DNA from: Blastocladiella emersonii ATCC 22665
Lineage: Eukaryota; Fungi; Blastocladiomycota
NCBI GenBank assembly: GCA_025594325.1
Contig: JANHCV010000004.1
Location: 124,001-188,000, forward strand
Direction: 5' to 3'
Length of the DNA: 64,000 nt
The notes under the pieces were generated by a model, which was not told where the DNA came from, did not search any database, and saw only the letters and a list, made by a program, of their open reading frames with translations. Position numbers and translations under genes: made by a program. Shown here piece by piece: positions 9,160-20,396 of the stretch. How positions within the stretch are numbered: position 1 is the first letter of the stretch; each line of letters opens with the position of its first letter.

Positions 9160-11641
9160 CTACTCGTCGTCGTCCTCATCATCACTGTCTTCATCGTCAT
9201 CGTCATCCTCGTCCTCCTCGTCCGAGGTGAAGTCAGACTCGAGCGCCGCGTCCTCCTCGACCCCGTCAACAGCGACAGCGGGCTGCATCGCCTCGGCGAG
9301 CCCGCGGACCTTGGCGACGACGCGCGTCATCGCGACTGGGTTCGCGGTGACGGCGCGGCGGAGGACCGCCATAACGCCGGGCGTCCACGCGACGCGGCTC
9401 AGGACGTGCCGCGCCTGCGCGTGGTGCGGGTCATCGTGACGCAGGGTCCCCGCGACGGCACGCCGGACCACACCCTCGTCGTCAAAGCGCTCGACAAACT
9501 CGCGCGAGCTCGGCAGGAACTGCACGCCGCGCGCGAGCCGGCGCGACCGCCGTCCGATCGCACTCGCGAACGCGCGCGGGTCGTGCGCCGCGGCGGCCGC
9601 GAGGAACCGGTGCGCGACGGCGGTGCAGTGCCGCTCTTCGTGGCCAGGCGAGCTGACGAGCTCGACGTCAGCGGCCTCGAGTAGCGGGTCCAGCAGTCCG
9701 TCGCCTGCGCCAAACTCGGCCGGCAGCACGTCACGCGGGCACGCCGTCAGGAAGAAGGTCCACGCGGTAAGCACCGCGTCGATCGCCGCCTCACTGAGAA
9801 CGCGCCCGGACTCGTAAATCTCATCGTGGGTCGCGCGGATGAGGTACACGGCGCTGTCCGGGTCCGCCACGACGGTCACGGTCGCAGCGAAGGCGACGTA
9901 CGTGTACTCCCAAAAGCCCGGGATCAGCAACCCGAGCGCGTGGAACGTGTCGGCCGCGCGCACCGGCGAGGTAAGGAGCGGGGCCAGAGTGAGCGTGTAC
10001 GCGACGAGGTACTGGTACCGACCGTCAGCGGGATCCGCGTCGAGGCCGGCGAGCGCCGCGGCGATGGCACGCCGCGCGTCGGCGCTCCCAAGCCCGAGGG
10101 ATGCGAGGTCGGCGGCAAAGTGGGCATCGCAAAGGGCCGAGAGCGAAGGCAGGAACGCCGGGAGGAGCGGAAGCGCCGGGTCAGCCTCGCGGATGATGGT
10201 GATGATCAGCTCGAGGGCTTCGCCGCAGTTGTAGTAGCGTTGCTCGCTCGCGCAGCGGATCACTACACCGTCGGCAAGTGGATTAGCTGCGTCGCGAGTG
10301 CCACACCCGTAATTCCAACGTACCACTCTCGGCCAGCTGGCCCAGCTGCTCCTTGGGGAACTTGTCGACCAGTCGCACCAGCACCTCCTCCTCCCCTTCG
10401 GCATCATCGGCCGCTGCAGTTGCCCAAACAAGCGCGCCCCAGCCAACCGGCGTCGCGAGCCATGACCAGCACTCGCGGAGCGCCAGGCCAAACTCGACGG
10501 CACGGCCCTCGTCCAGCCACAGGACAAGCTGCTTGGCATTCGCCAGGGCCTGCTTAGGGGTGAGCAGCCGCTCTGCAATGTCAAAGCGCTTGGCGACCGC
10601 GATCAGGTCGTCGACCGAGAACCGGTTCGGGTTGAGGTACGCAGCAAACGCGCAGTGGGTCCGGCCCGCGGTTGCGGGATCGAGCGAGAAGCCGCGCGCG
10701 GTCAAGTAGTCGAGCATGGCAACGACGCGGTCCAGCGGGTAGTGGTTATTGACCTGCAGCATCACGGCGTGCGCGACGCGCGCGTCCTCGAGCACGGCAA
10801 GCAGAGGGTCGAGCGACGGGAGGAAGGCGGCGACGAACTCGAGCGACCCGAGGTCCCACTCGAGCACGGCCGTCAGGGCAGCGAGCGTGAGGAACGAAAT
10901 GTGCGGGACCGTCGCGGGGGCCTCAGCCAGCTGGGCCTTGAGCGACTCGCGGACGACGTGGAGCGCCGAGTTGATCCCGCGGCGCATGTCGGGGATCAGC
11001 GGCAGCGCGGTGGGAAGCGGGAGGACGGGCTCCGTGACGAGGAGCGGGAGGTGGCGGGTCAGGTCGCCGAGCGCATCGCGCAGGTCGTCGTGGCGGCCCA
11101 TGACGGCAAAGTAGAGAACGAGGACGAGCACGTCGGGGATCACGCAAATGTCCGTGTACTTGCCGCGCACCTGCTCGTCGTTGCTCCACTCGACGAGGGT
11201 GCGCAGCATCTCGCGCTGGCGAGCTTCGGAGATGGTGCCGTCGGCGCTGGGGCCGCCCCAGCGCAGCTCCGAGAGGAACGCGCGGAACAGCGCGCCGTTG
11301 AGCATGGGCGCCCGGATGCGGCAGTGGTACCTTTCGCCCTCGTGCAGCGTGACGACGGACTGCACCAGCGCGGCGAACGCGGTCCACGTCGTGACCATGT
11401 CCTGGCACATGAGGCCCATGGTGGTCCACGCCCAGAAGAAGCTGTAGACGTACTCGACGTCGTAGTGCAGCCACGCGAGCGTGAAGCGGCCCTCCTCGGC
11501 GGACACGGTCTCGTGCAGCACGCGGGACGCGGCAACGAGCGCGGGCCGCAGATCGGCGAGGATGAGCACGCGCGAGAGGACCAGCGGCGGGAGCGCGGCG
11601 AGTTCCATGGCCGGGTCGTCGTTTTTCATTGCAAGATTCAT
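9160..11641 (-). CDS. Uncharacterised protein with F-box-like N-terminus and acidic tail (paralog A, left copy, about 806 aa); intron 10263-10323
   Basis: N-terminus MELAALPPLVLSRVL. A gtacgt...gctaat...tag intron joins ORFs 10283-11770 and 9160-10584 in frame. Homologous throughout to paralog B. Confidence 0.75.
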
Positions 11642-11973
11642 GGTAGTCAGAGTTGGAGAGCGAGGACTGCGAGCGGTGCCCGGGTCGCCCTTTGAACGGC
11701 GCGTCGGCGCTCGCTGAGGGTCCCGAACAGGGATCAAGTGCGAGCGGGTCCTGACTCGAATCAGCGTCAACGGCTCACTTGCAACACCACGCGCTTCGGA
11801 GCAGTCGTGAGAGCGAGCGATGACCGAGGCCTCGATGGACGGTGCGTCGCGAGTCGGACTCGGAGAGCACGCTCAGCGGACTCAGTCGAGGCAGAGCAGC
11901 AGACCACGTTGCATCAGGTTTCCGTGAGTATCGTTGGTTCTATTCGGGTTGCTGAGGGAGGGAGAGTGGGAGG

Positions 11974-14364
11974 TCAAAGCTCGGTCTCAGCGTCGCCGTG
12001 GGCCGCGGCGATGGGCTGGCCGCGTTCCACCGCGACGCCCTCGTGCACAGCGTCCGCGAGCCCGTGGAACTGCGCCACGACGCGGACCTGCACCTCGGAA
12101 TCCTTGGCCATGGCCTCGGCGAGGACGCGCAGCACGCCGGGCGTCCAGTCCACGCACCGCAGCAGGTGCCGCGTCCGCGAGTACCGCTCCGCGCTCGTGC
12201 CGTTGACGAGCGTCATCACCAGCGCGCCGCAGGCCACGTCCTCGTCAAAGTGGTGCGCAAACTCGCCCGAGTCCGACGCCGACGCGGGAAGGTACCTGGT
12301 GCCGAGGTGCAGCAGTGCCGACCCAGAGCCAATGTTGGCGGCGAACGCGTGCGCGTCGTGCGCCACCACGTCGCGGATGAACGTCTCGACGGCCTCCACC
12401 TTCCGTTGCACGGTTGCCTGCGAGTACGGGTCGGCCTCCTCGGTCACCGTCGCCTCCAGCAGCTGCTCGAGCAGCGTTGTGCTGAACCCAGTCAGGACGC
12501 CGGTGGGGCAGTACGTGAGGAATTTGGGCCACGCTGCGAGGACGGCGTCGGTGTGCTCCCAAATCACGGCCGAGGCGAGGACGAGTGACTCGGGGTCGCA
12601 ATCGCGAAGGCTGTCGACGACCAGTCCGACCTTGTCCGGTGCCGCGTAGTTGACCATGGTCGCGCCGAACGCAAAGTATGTGTACGCCCACACGTCCGCC
12701 ACGCGCGGGGCCAGCCGGTGGAGCGCGGCCTCGGCGCAGCCCGCGGACGCCATGAGCGGGGCCACGGCGAGCACGTACGAGACCGCGTGCTGGTGTCGGT
12801 GCTCGTTGATCGCATCGTGCGCCGCGAGCGCGCCGGCGATCGTGAGTCGCGCCCCCGTCTCGCCCATGCCAAGGAGTGCGAGGTCGCCCGCAAACTGCGC
12901 GTCACACAGGACGGGAAGCGATGGGACGAGCGCGCGGGCCATGTCGAGATCGGGGTCGAGGTTGCGGAAGATGGACATGAGCACGGTCACGGCTCCCTTG
13001 ACCGAGCTGTATGGCGTAGTGGTACAGCGAAAGACAGACTCCGCGAGTGTCGTATACTGCGCCTGCAAGACCATCTTGACAAGCAGCGCGAGCTCGGGCT
13101 TCGGCAGCTCGGCCTCGGCGGCGGCCCAGACTAGCAGCGCCAAGTTGGCGGGCGCGGTGAGCCACGGCCACTGCAATGCGAGAGCGGCCGCCATCTCAAG
13201 CGCGTGACCCTCGCTCGCCCACGACGTGAGCTGCTTGGCGGCGACCAATGCGTGTTGGTCGCCGAGCTCGGCAAGCTGGTCGCCCGCGTCAAAGTGCTGC
13301 ACGATAGCGACAAGGTCCGCCGAAGTGAAGCGCTCGGGCTGGAGGTACGCGGCGAACGAGCAGTAAGTGCGGCCCGGGGTCGCAGGATCGAGTGAGAAGC
13401 CTCGTTCGGTCAAGTACTCGAGTACGGCAACGACACGCTGCGCCGTGTGCCCGTTGTTGACCTGCAGCATCACGGCGTGTGCGACTCGAGGATCGGCGAG
13501 CAGGCCAAGGAGCGGCTCACGACCCGCCGGACCCGGCACAAACTCGGCGACAACCTTGAGCGCCTCAACGTCCCACTCGAGGACGGCAAAGAGCGCGGCG
13601 AGCGTGATGAAGCTGATGCGCGGGACCCCAACCGGATCCTGCTCGAGCTGTGCGGTGGCAGAAGTGTGGACGACAAGGAGGGCCTGATTGATGCTCGGCA
13701 GCAGGTCGGGGATCAGCTCGAGCGCGATCGGGAGCGAGAGGACGGGTTCAGTGAGAAGCAGCGGGACGTGGGTCCGCATCTCGGTGAGGGCGGCTCACAG
13801 GTCGGCGTGGCGGCCGACGGCGAGAAAGTAGAGCACGAGGACCAGCGCGTCGGGCGCGAAGCCGCACATGTCGGTGTTGTCTCGGTACGTCATTTCGTCG
13901 TTCTTCCACGTCGCGAGCGTGTCGAGCATGGTGCGCTGGCGGGACTCGGACACGGTGCCGTAGATGCTGGCGCCGGGCACGCCCCAGCGCAGTTTGGCGA
14001 GGAACGCGCGGAACAGGGCGAGCGTGAGAAAGGGCGCGGGGTCCGAGTCGCCTGGAGCGCGGCGGTGGTGCAGGCCGATAGACGCCTGGACAGCGGCGGC
14101 AAACGAGGTCCACGTCACGGTCATGTCCTGCGCGAGCTCGCGCGGTGGGTTCCGGTCCCACTGCCAGCGAAAGAGGTCGTAGATGCAGTGGTAGAGGTAG
14201 GCGAGGGTGACCTGGCCGAACGACGCCGCGATCGTCTCGTTGAACAGCCGCGAGGAGGCAGCGACGGCGGATCGGGGCCTCGAGAGGATCAGGGCGCGGG
14301 CGAGGACTGGCTGCGGCAGCGCAGAAATCGGCGGTGGTTCAAGCATGGGGGCAAGCGGCTGCAT
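11974..14364 (-). pseudogene. F-box-like paralog B (left copy), interrupted by an in-frame TGA at 13795-13797
   Basis: ORFs 13795-14499 and 11974-13779 are in the same frame and collinear with paralog A (GRHADL*AALTEMRTHVPLLLTEPVL vs GRHDDLRDALGDLTRHLPLLVTEPVL). Confidence 0.7.
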
Positions 14365-16270
14365 AGCGAGCGAGGGTGTTCGGTGGTGGGAGGGAGGGCC
14401 GGAGCGGTGCCGGGGCTGGGCGCCGGCTTTTGTAGCCCTTGCGCGCTCGCGTTGCACCGGAGACGCCGTACTGCCGCCACGCCGAGCAGCGGGACCCACA
14501 CGGACGAGTCAATCACGCGTCACTCGGGGGGCGAGAGGCCATCACCCATGAAGCACGCCGAGTGAGCAGACCCGAAGTCGGGAGAAACGTGCACACGGGT
14601 CGGGGCGTTCTCGCGGAGGGTCCATGCACGAGCTGACCGCCGCAAACACGACACGAGACAAGCTTCGAGTAGGTCCGGGCCGTTGCCGCAAGTCACAAGA
14701 GCTCCATCAGCTGCACGGGCGAGTTGCGGGGTCGCGAGGGGAGCGAGAGTGGCGCATCGCCTCGGAGGCCATGCGGCCACGCGGCCTGGACGGTCGCGCT
14801 TCATCGCAGAGCGGTAGCACCGTCGGCGTTACTGTGCGTTAACCGTAATCAGAATGACTCGCGGACAGGACGTTGCCATAGAGGCGGCAGTCGGCTCTCG
14901 CCGCGCCCTCCCGCCATCCCGCCACCAGGGCCTGGCCAGCGATGAGCATTCTCATTCTAGTCTCGCCGTGGCGGCCACCGTGGTCGCTCTCTTCGACTGA
15001 AGGGTGGTACGGGATCGCGTCGAGCCGGTCGGCGAGCGGGAAAGCGCGAGACGCGTCTTGCGAGACACTCTATCACGTGGGGTCGGAACCCACGCCTCTT
15101 CACGCTTTCCCCACGCGGCCCGACTCTGCTCGTTTTCCGATGTGGCTGGGATCGCTCGTGATGGAACACTCGATGCAGAAGGAGGCTCAGCCGGTCGCGG
15201 ACTCTGGCCCAGACCGGGGAGCGGCGGGACCGCGGTGGGTGGGGGACGTCCCGGACACGTCACCCTGACGGACCCTCATCACCGCCGTCACCGCTCTGCG
15301 TGCGTGAGACACGGCGCTCGAGGTTCACGCCCATCTACCCGCACGCGCTCGCCCACACCTCCGAGACCTCGCGACCGACGATGATCGCCGTCGCGGCGGC
15401 CGCCATCGTGGGGGACGCACGGTCCCCCTTCGGGACGACGCGACGGCGCCGCCATCATCGCCGACAGCACGCCCAACTGCGACACGGCACTGTCACCGTC
15501 ACCGCCGCGGCCGACGCTACACGCCCGCACCCTCGCTGCCGTCGGGCATCACCGCCGCCGCCCGAGACACATTCGCCGCCATCATCATCCTTGCGATCAC
15601 CGACCGCGGCTCGCCGTGCTGTACGTGTCTCCTGCACCTCGGCGCGAGGGAGATGCGGTGCGGAACTCGGCACTCGCGCGCGCCGTATCCCCCTCCCGCG
15701 CCCGCCGCCGCGACGCGCGTGGCCGTTCGCGCTGGCGTGCACCGCCATCGTCTCGGCTCGATCACGTCGCGATCGCGTCTCCCTCCGCCGCCGCCTTCTT
15801 CTTCCTCGCCCACCTTCACCCGCGCCGAAAATGAGACCGGCACCTGCCCGCCCGCGTGCCTCGCTCCCGCGAACACGGCGCGCGCGCGGCTGCCACCCGC
15901 CCGGCCGCCACGCACACATGTGTCGCGCCGTGCCACATCACGCGTGTCGACCGCGACGCGTCGCGCGCGCCCTTGTCTCTCGCGCCGAACGGCGACGCGT
16001 CCTCTTCACGTCGCCGCTGCCCTGCTACTTTTTGCTCCGCACCTGCATCGCTGACTGCCGCCCGTCGCCCGAGGCTCCCCCACAAAAGAAGCGTGTGTCC
16101 CCGGCACCCTCCCTCCTCCCGCTTTCTTCACGCTCGCGTGCCTCGATCCTGAAGGTACGCGCCCCCTCGATCGCCTCGCTCCACCCCGCCGACAACGCTC
16201 ACTAACTCTCCCGCGGCCATCGACGCGTAGCCATTGCGACGACCGGAACTCTCCCTGCACCCTCCCTACC

Positions 16271-18788
16271 ATGACCCTCCCCACCCTGCCCGTGGCCGCC
16301 GCCGCCGCCGCCACGGACGCCGACGAGCGCGGCCGCCTCGGCCAGCTCCTCGGCATGACCCTCCTCGCGCTCTTCTTCGGCCTCGTCGCCCTCCGCCTCC
16401 TCTGGGCCCTGCCCTCGCTGATCGGCCTCATCATGGCCATCCCGGCCCTGCCCGCCATCGTCTTCGCGTTCTGCGCCGCGCTCAACTACGCGACCGCCTT
16501 CATCGCCGCTGCCTGGGTACGCGTCCGCTCCGCTGCTGGCAGCCGCTGGGTCGAGCGCGCCACTGACTGCCACCCACCATCCCACTCGCAGAACCACTTC
16601 TCCTGCACGGGCCGCCCCGTCGACGTGCCCGCCTCGCTCAAGGACCAGTGGCTCGACTACTGCCACGACCTGTCCAAGCTGCGCCGCCTCCTCGTCGCCG
16701 CGCCCGACCCGCAGCGTGCTATCCTCATGGCCTGCGACGACTCGCTCAACCGTACGTCACGCTCGCCCGCGCAGCTCCGTGCGCACATCCGCGAGCAGAT
16801 CCTGTCGACCATGCCCCCGATGTCCGCCGCGCGCGTCGAGTTCCTGGTCAAGGACATGTACATCACCCTCATCGGCACGCCCGAGGACTACTTCCACTTT
16901 GACGGGCCCGAGCCCGCGTCGCCCGCCGCGTCTACGGCTGCGACTACCGCCAACACCAACCCGCCTCCCTCCACCCCTCGCTCGCAGCCCGCGCCTGTCG
17001 CCTCGGCCGCGCAGTCACTGGTTCGTGCCGCTCCTGTCCCTACCACCACCCTCCCGGCCATCGCCATGCGCGCCGTGTCGCTCCTCCCCGTCACCACCAC
17101 CACCGCCACCGCGCGCGCCGCGCCGCCCGTGGTGAGCCGCGCCTCGGAGCAGGCGGCACTCCCGTCCGCCCTCGCTTCCGCCATCGCGCCGGCCGTGGCG
17201 CCCAAGCACATTCCCGCCCCACTTCTGCGCGCCGACTCGGCCGTCGCCGTCGAGACCACCTCCAGTACCCGTATGTCCGCCGTCGTCCAGCCCGCCGAGT
17301 ACGTCGAGACGCGCGAGCCCGTGCAGCTCCCCAACTTCGTGTCGCCCGCCGAGTCGTGCGAGCCCGTCGTCGCTGCACCAGCCTCGCCCGCCATGATCCC
17401 CGAGGTCGTGTACCGCGGCACCGTGTCGGCCGCCGAGCCGTCCGGGCCTGCCGCCGAGCCGTCCGAGCCTGCCGTCGCTGCGCCTGCTCCGCCGGCCGTG
17501 ATCCCCGAGGTCGTGTACGCGCCCGCCGCGCAGCACGACGTCGCGGCTGTGGCCTGGACCCCGAGCACGGCCGTCGTCCTCGAGTCGGTGCCCACGCAGA
17601 CCGTCACCGTGCACCGTGAGTCCGCGCCCGTCCTCCTCGACGCGCGCCCTGTCCCGGCCTCGGCGGGCCTCGCCATCACCCCGGCCACGAGCCGTACCTG
17701 CGTCGTCGCGACCGTGGAACAGCGCCGTGCGGCCCACGACGCCGCGGTCACGACCTCGTCTCTTTCCTTTGTGCTGACGACGGGTCCGCGTTCTGCCGGC
17801 ACTAACGAGCGCCCGCGCAACCGCCCGACGGACGTGGTGACCCGCAAGACGTCGTCCGCCGTGGTCGACCGCTCGACCGCGTTTGACGACTGCCGCCCAA
17901 CCCCTGCTGGTACGCTACGCCTTCTCGCTGCCGACTCTCTCTCGCCCACCGAAGGCTGACGTACTCCATCGCCACCTAGAACCTGCCGCTCCGACCGCCG
18001 CCGCCGCGTGGGTCGCGCCGGTCCTGCTCAAGAACAACTACGCGCCCAAAGAGAAGCACCAGCGGCAGCACCCGGCCGCGTCGCACGTCCCGCGCGTCAT
18101 GCAGCGCCGCTTCGACGCGCACCTCGCCGCGTTCCTGTCGGTCCCCGTCGATGCCGCCAACCCCGGCGCCCTCGACGCGCACGTCATGTTCGCCGCGCCG
18201 CGCCCCAAGGTCCCGCTCACGCACATGCTCGCGGCGCGGCACGCGGCCAAGGCGCGCAAGGCCGAGAAGGCGGCGCTCTCGATCATCATCCGCGAGCGGT
18301 TCCCGCGCGGCCAGACGCTCGAGCTGATGCAGTCGCCGCTCGGCAGCTCCGCGGCGGACCGCGCCCGGCTCGCCAAGCTGCCCGAGTTCCGGCGCGAGGT
18401 GCTGGCCTCGGCCGCCCACCGCGTGCCGGCTGCGCAGCTCGTGTGCCTCGCCGCCCGCCGCGACGTCGGCCGGCTCGAGCGCCGCCGCCACCGCCGGGCG
18501 GCGCGCAAGGCTCAGCGGCAGCAGCGGCGCCAGGCCGTGCGCTCGATGCCCGCCATCCTCGCGCGGTTCACGCCGTCCAACCCGACCACCGGCGGCCACT
18601 ACCAGTTCACGTCCGTGGGCAAGCACATGACGTCGGACCTCCACCTCCGCGTGGCCACCCGCGCGGGCGTGCAGCACGCGCCGGTGTCCAAGTCGGACGC
18701 GAACAAGCGCATCGTCCTCGGCAAGCTGCGCCTCATCAACTCGGCCGCCGCCGCCGCCGCCGTGCGCAACCTCGGTCGGTGCTGCTGA
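16271..18788 (+). CDS. Orphan protein C (about 815 aa) with N-terminal hydrophobic helices, an Ala/Pro/Thr-rich linker and a basic C-terminus; coding intron 17910-17979, 5' UTR intron 16155-16230
   Basis: accATG start, GC3-rich codons, and a gtacgc...gctgac...tag intron joining ORFs 16271 and 17883 in frame. Confidence 0.7.
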
Positions 18789-19046
18789 CGACGACGACGA
18801 CGACGACCGCGACCAGGCCAAGCTCGGGACCCTCGGCCTCCTACTACTTTGGCTGGCCCGCGCCGGCCTGCAGTCGTTCTATTACTCGTTCCTTCCGTCC
18901 CTCACTACTCCGCCTACCCTTTACCACCAACAACAACCCTCATGACAACCTCGCCTCTCCCTCCACTCCACTCCACTCGTACCTCCTCGACGGCCTCGCC
19001 GACTACTACAACAACAACAACAACAACACTACCGCCTCGCCATCAA

Positions 19047-19290
19047 CTCGCGTATACGACTCGCACTCGCCCCGTGCTCCGTGTCCGACCTCGGTCGGCG
19101 CGTCGAGCTCGACATGGGACGGGTGTGTCGCCCGGCCATGGTTCACCCACCTCGGGTAACCGTCGGCATTGACAAGACCGTGTCGGCACCCGCTCGCGTA
19201 TACGACTCGCTCGCCCCGTGCTCCGTGTCCGACCTCGGTCGCCGCGTCGAGTCTGACGTGGGGTGGGCGTGTCGCGCGGCCACAGCGCAT
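19047..19290 (+). repeat. Imperfect direct repeat, unit about 90 bp, period 146 bp; preceded by (AAC)6 at 19010-19027
   Basis: ctcgcgtatacgactcg...ctcgccccgtgctccgtgtccgacctcggtcg..cgcgtcgag occurs at 19047 and 19193. Mirrored at about 45175-45418. Confidence 0.85.
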
Positions 19291-19403
19291 GTAGCACCGG
19301 TCCTCGTCGGCTTCCTCGTCTTCTGCAAGGCACGCGGTTCGGCCTGTCATTCCGGCTGCGCGTCTCCGTTCTCCCTCTCCATTCAACCTAATACACTCGA
19401 CTT

Positions 19404-20000
19404 TCACTGATCCGGCCTGTGCCCGACTCTCCCTCTCAGTTTGTACTCGCTCTTTCCGCCTCCACTCCCACGAGTTGTGGAAGGGTACGCGAAAGCCTCG
19501 CGCTTGACTACGAGCTTGGACCGCTCCCGTATGAGCGCTGTACGGCGCGCCCTGGCCTCTTGGAGCATCATGAGTACCGGTTGCGCGCCGCGGATCGGTA
19601 ACCGTCTCAGCATCCACTTCGTCCCCGCCGTCCTTGCGCTCAGCGAACGCGAGGTCCGGCGCGATGAGTGCGTCCTCCTGTAGCGCTCCGCCAAGCGGAT
19701 GCGGCGGGACCGCGGCGCCCGACAGGCACGCACAGTCGGGTCGACGGGGAAGAAAGTGACGAGCTTGCGGAGGCCGGACACGGTCCCGTCGGCGAGGTTG
19801 AACAGCAGGACGCGGTGCTGGTTCGCGGTCAGAAGCGTAACGGCGATGCCCTGGTACGCCGTGACGTCGCCCGCTCGTGGGCTTGTTGAGGGGATCCTTG
19901 ACACCGAGGTGCCGAGGCCGTAGATCAGCTGGCTCAGCACCTCGCGGTCGTTGTTGATCGTGAAGGCCGGCCGGATCAAGTCGCGGAGCGCGAGACCCAA
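19404..20000 (-). pseudogene. Decayed uncharacterised gene D (left copy; at least two frameshifts)
   Basis: Fragments FNLADGT..RK..F..VDPT, LSGAAVPP, ALQEDALI and SKLVVKREAFAY align in order with a plus-strand copy at 44654-45061. Confidence 0.6.
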
Positions 20001-20396
20001 TGTGGACGGCGGGAGCGCATGCTCAACGTGTGCCCCGCTCCAACAGTGTCTTCGCCCTGTGACTGTACGAGGTGGGGGCGACGCAAGTATCGCTGTTCCG
20101 GCGACGTGATGCTGCGACGGTAGGCGCGTCGCCCAGGAAGGCGGTCATCGCGCGGCCTCCCTCGCGCGGGCCTCGGCTTCCAGGTCGGGTTTTCAGTGTC
20201 ATTGCATCAGGTCCATTTCGTCCCGTTCCATGGTCATGCCGGCAGTTGGGGGAGGGAGAGCAGCGAGCGAAGTGGTCGGGGGCAGCCGCGGCTGCAGCGC
20301 TCCTCTCGTTCTGAGCAACGACGCTCCACCCCGACAATCAACGACTCTCGCACGAAGCACCTGTACTCTATGCAACCATACTAGACACAGGACACG

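Larger units (their letters stand above)
9216..19411. repeat. Left arm of a 10,196-bp inverted repeat
   Basis: All ORFs in all six frames mirror 45054-55249 with identical translations and a constant coordinate sum of 64465. First mismatches are at 9215/55250 and 19412/45053. Confidence 0.97.
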
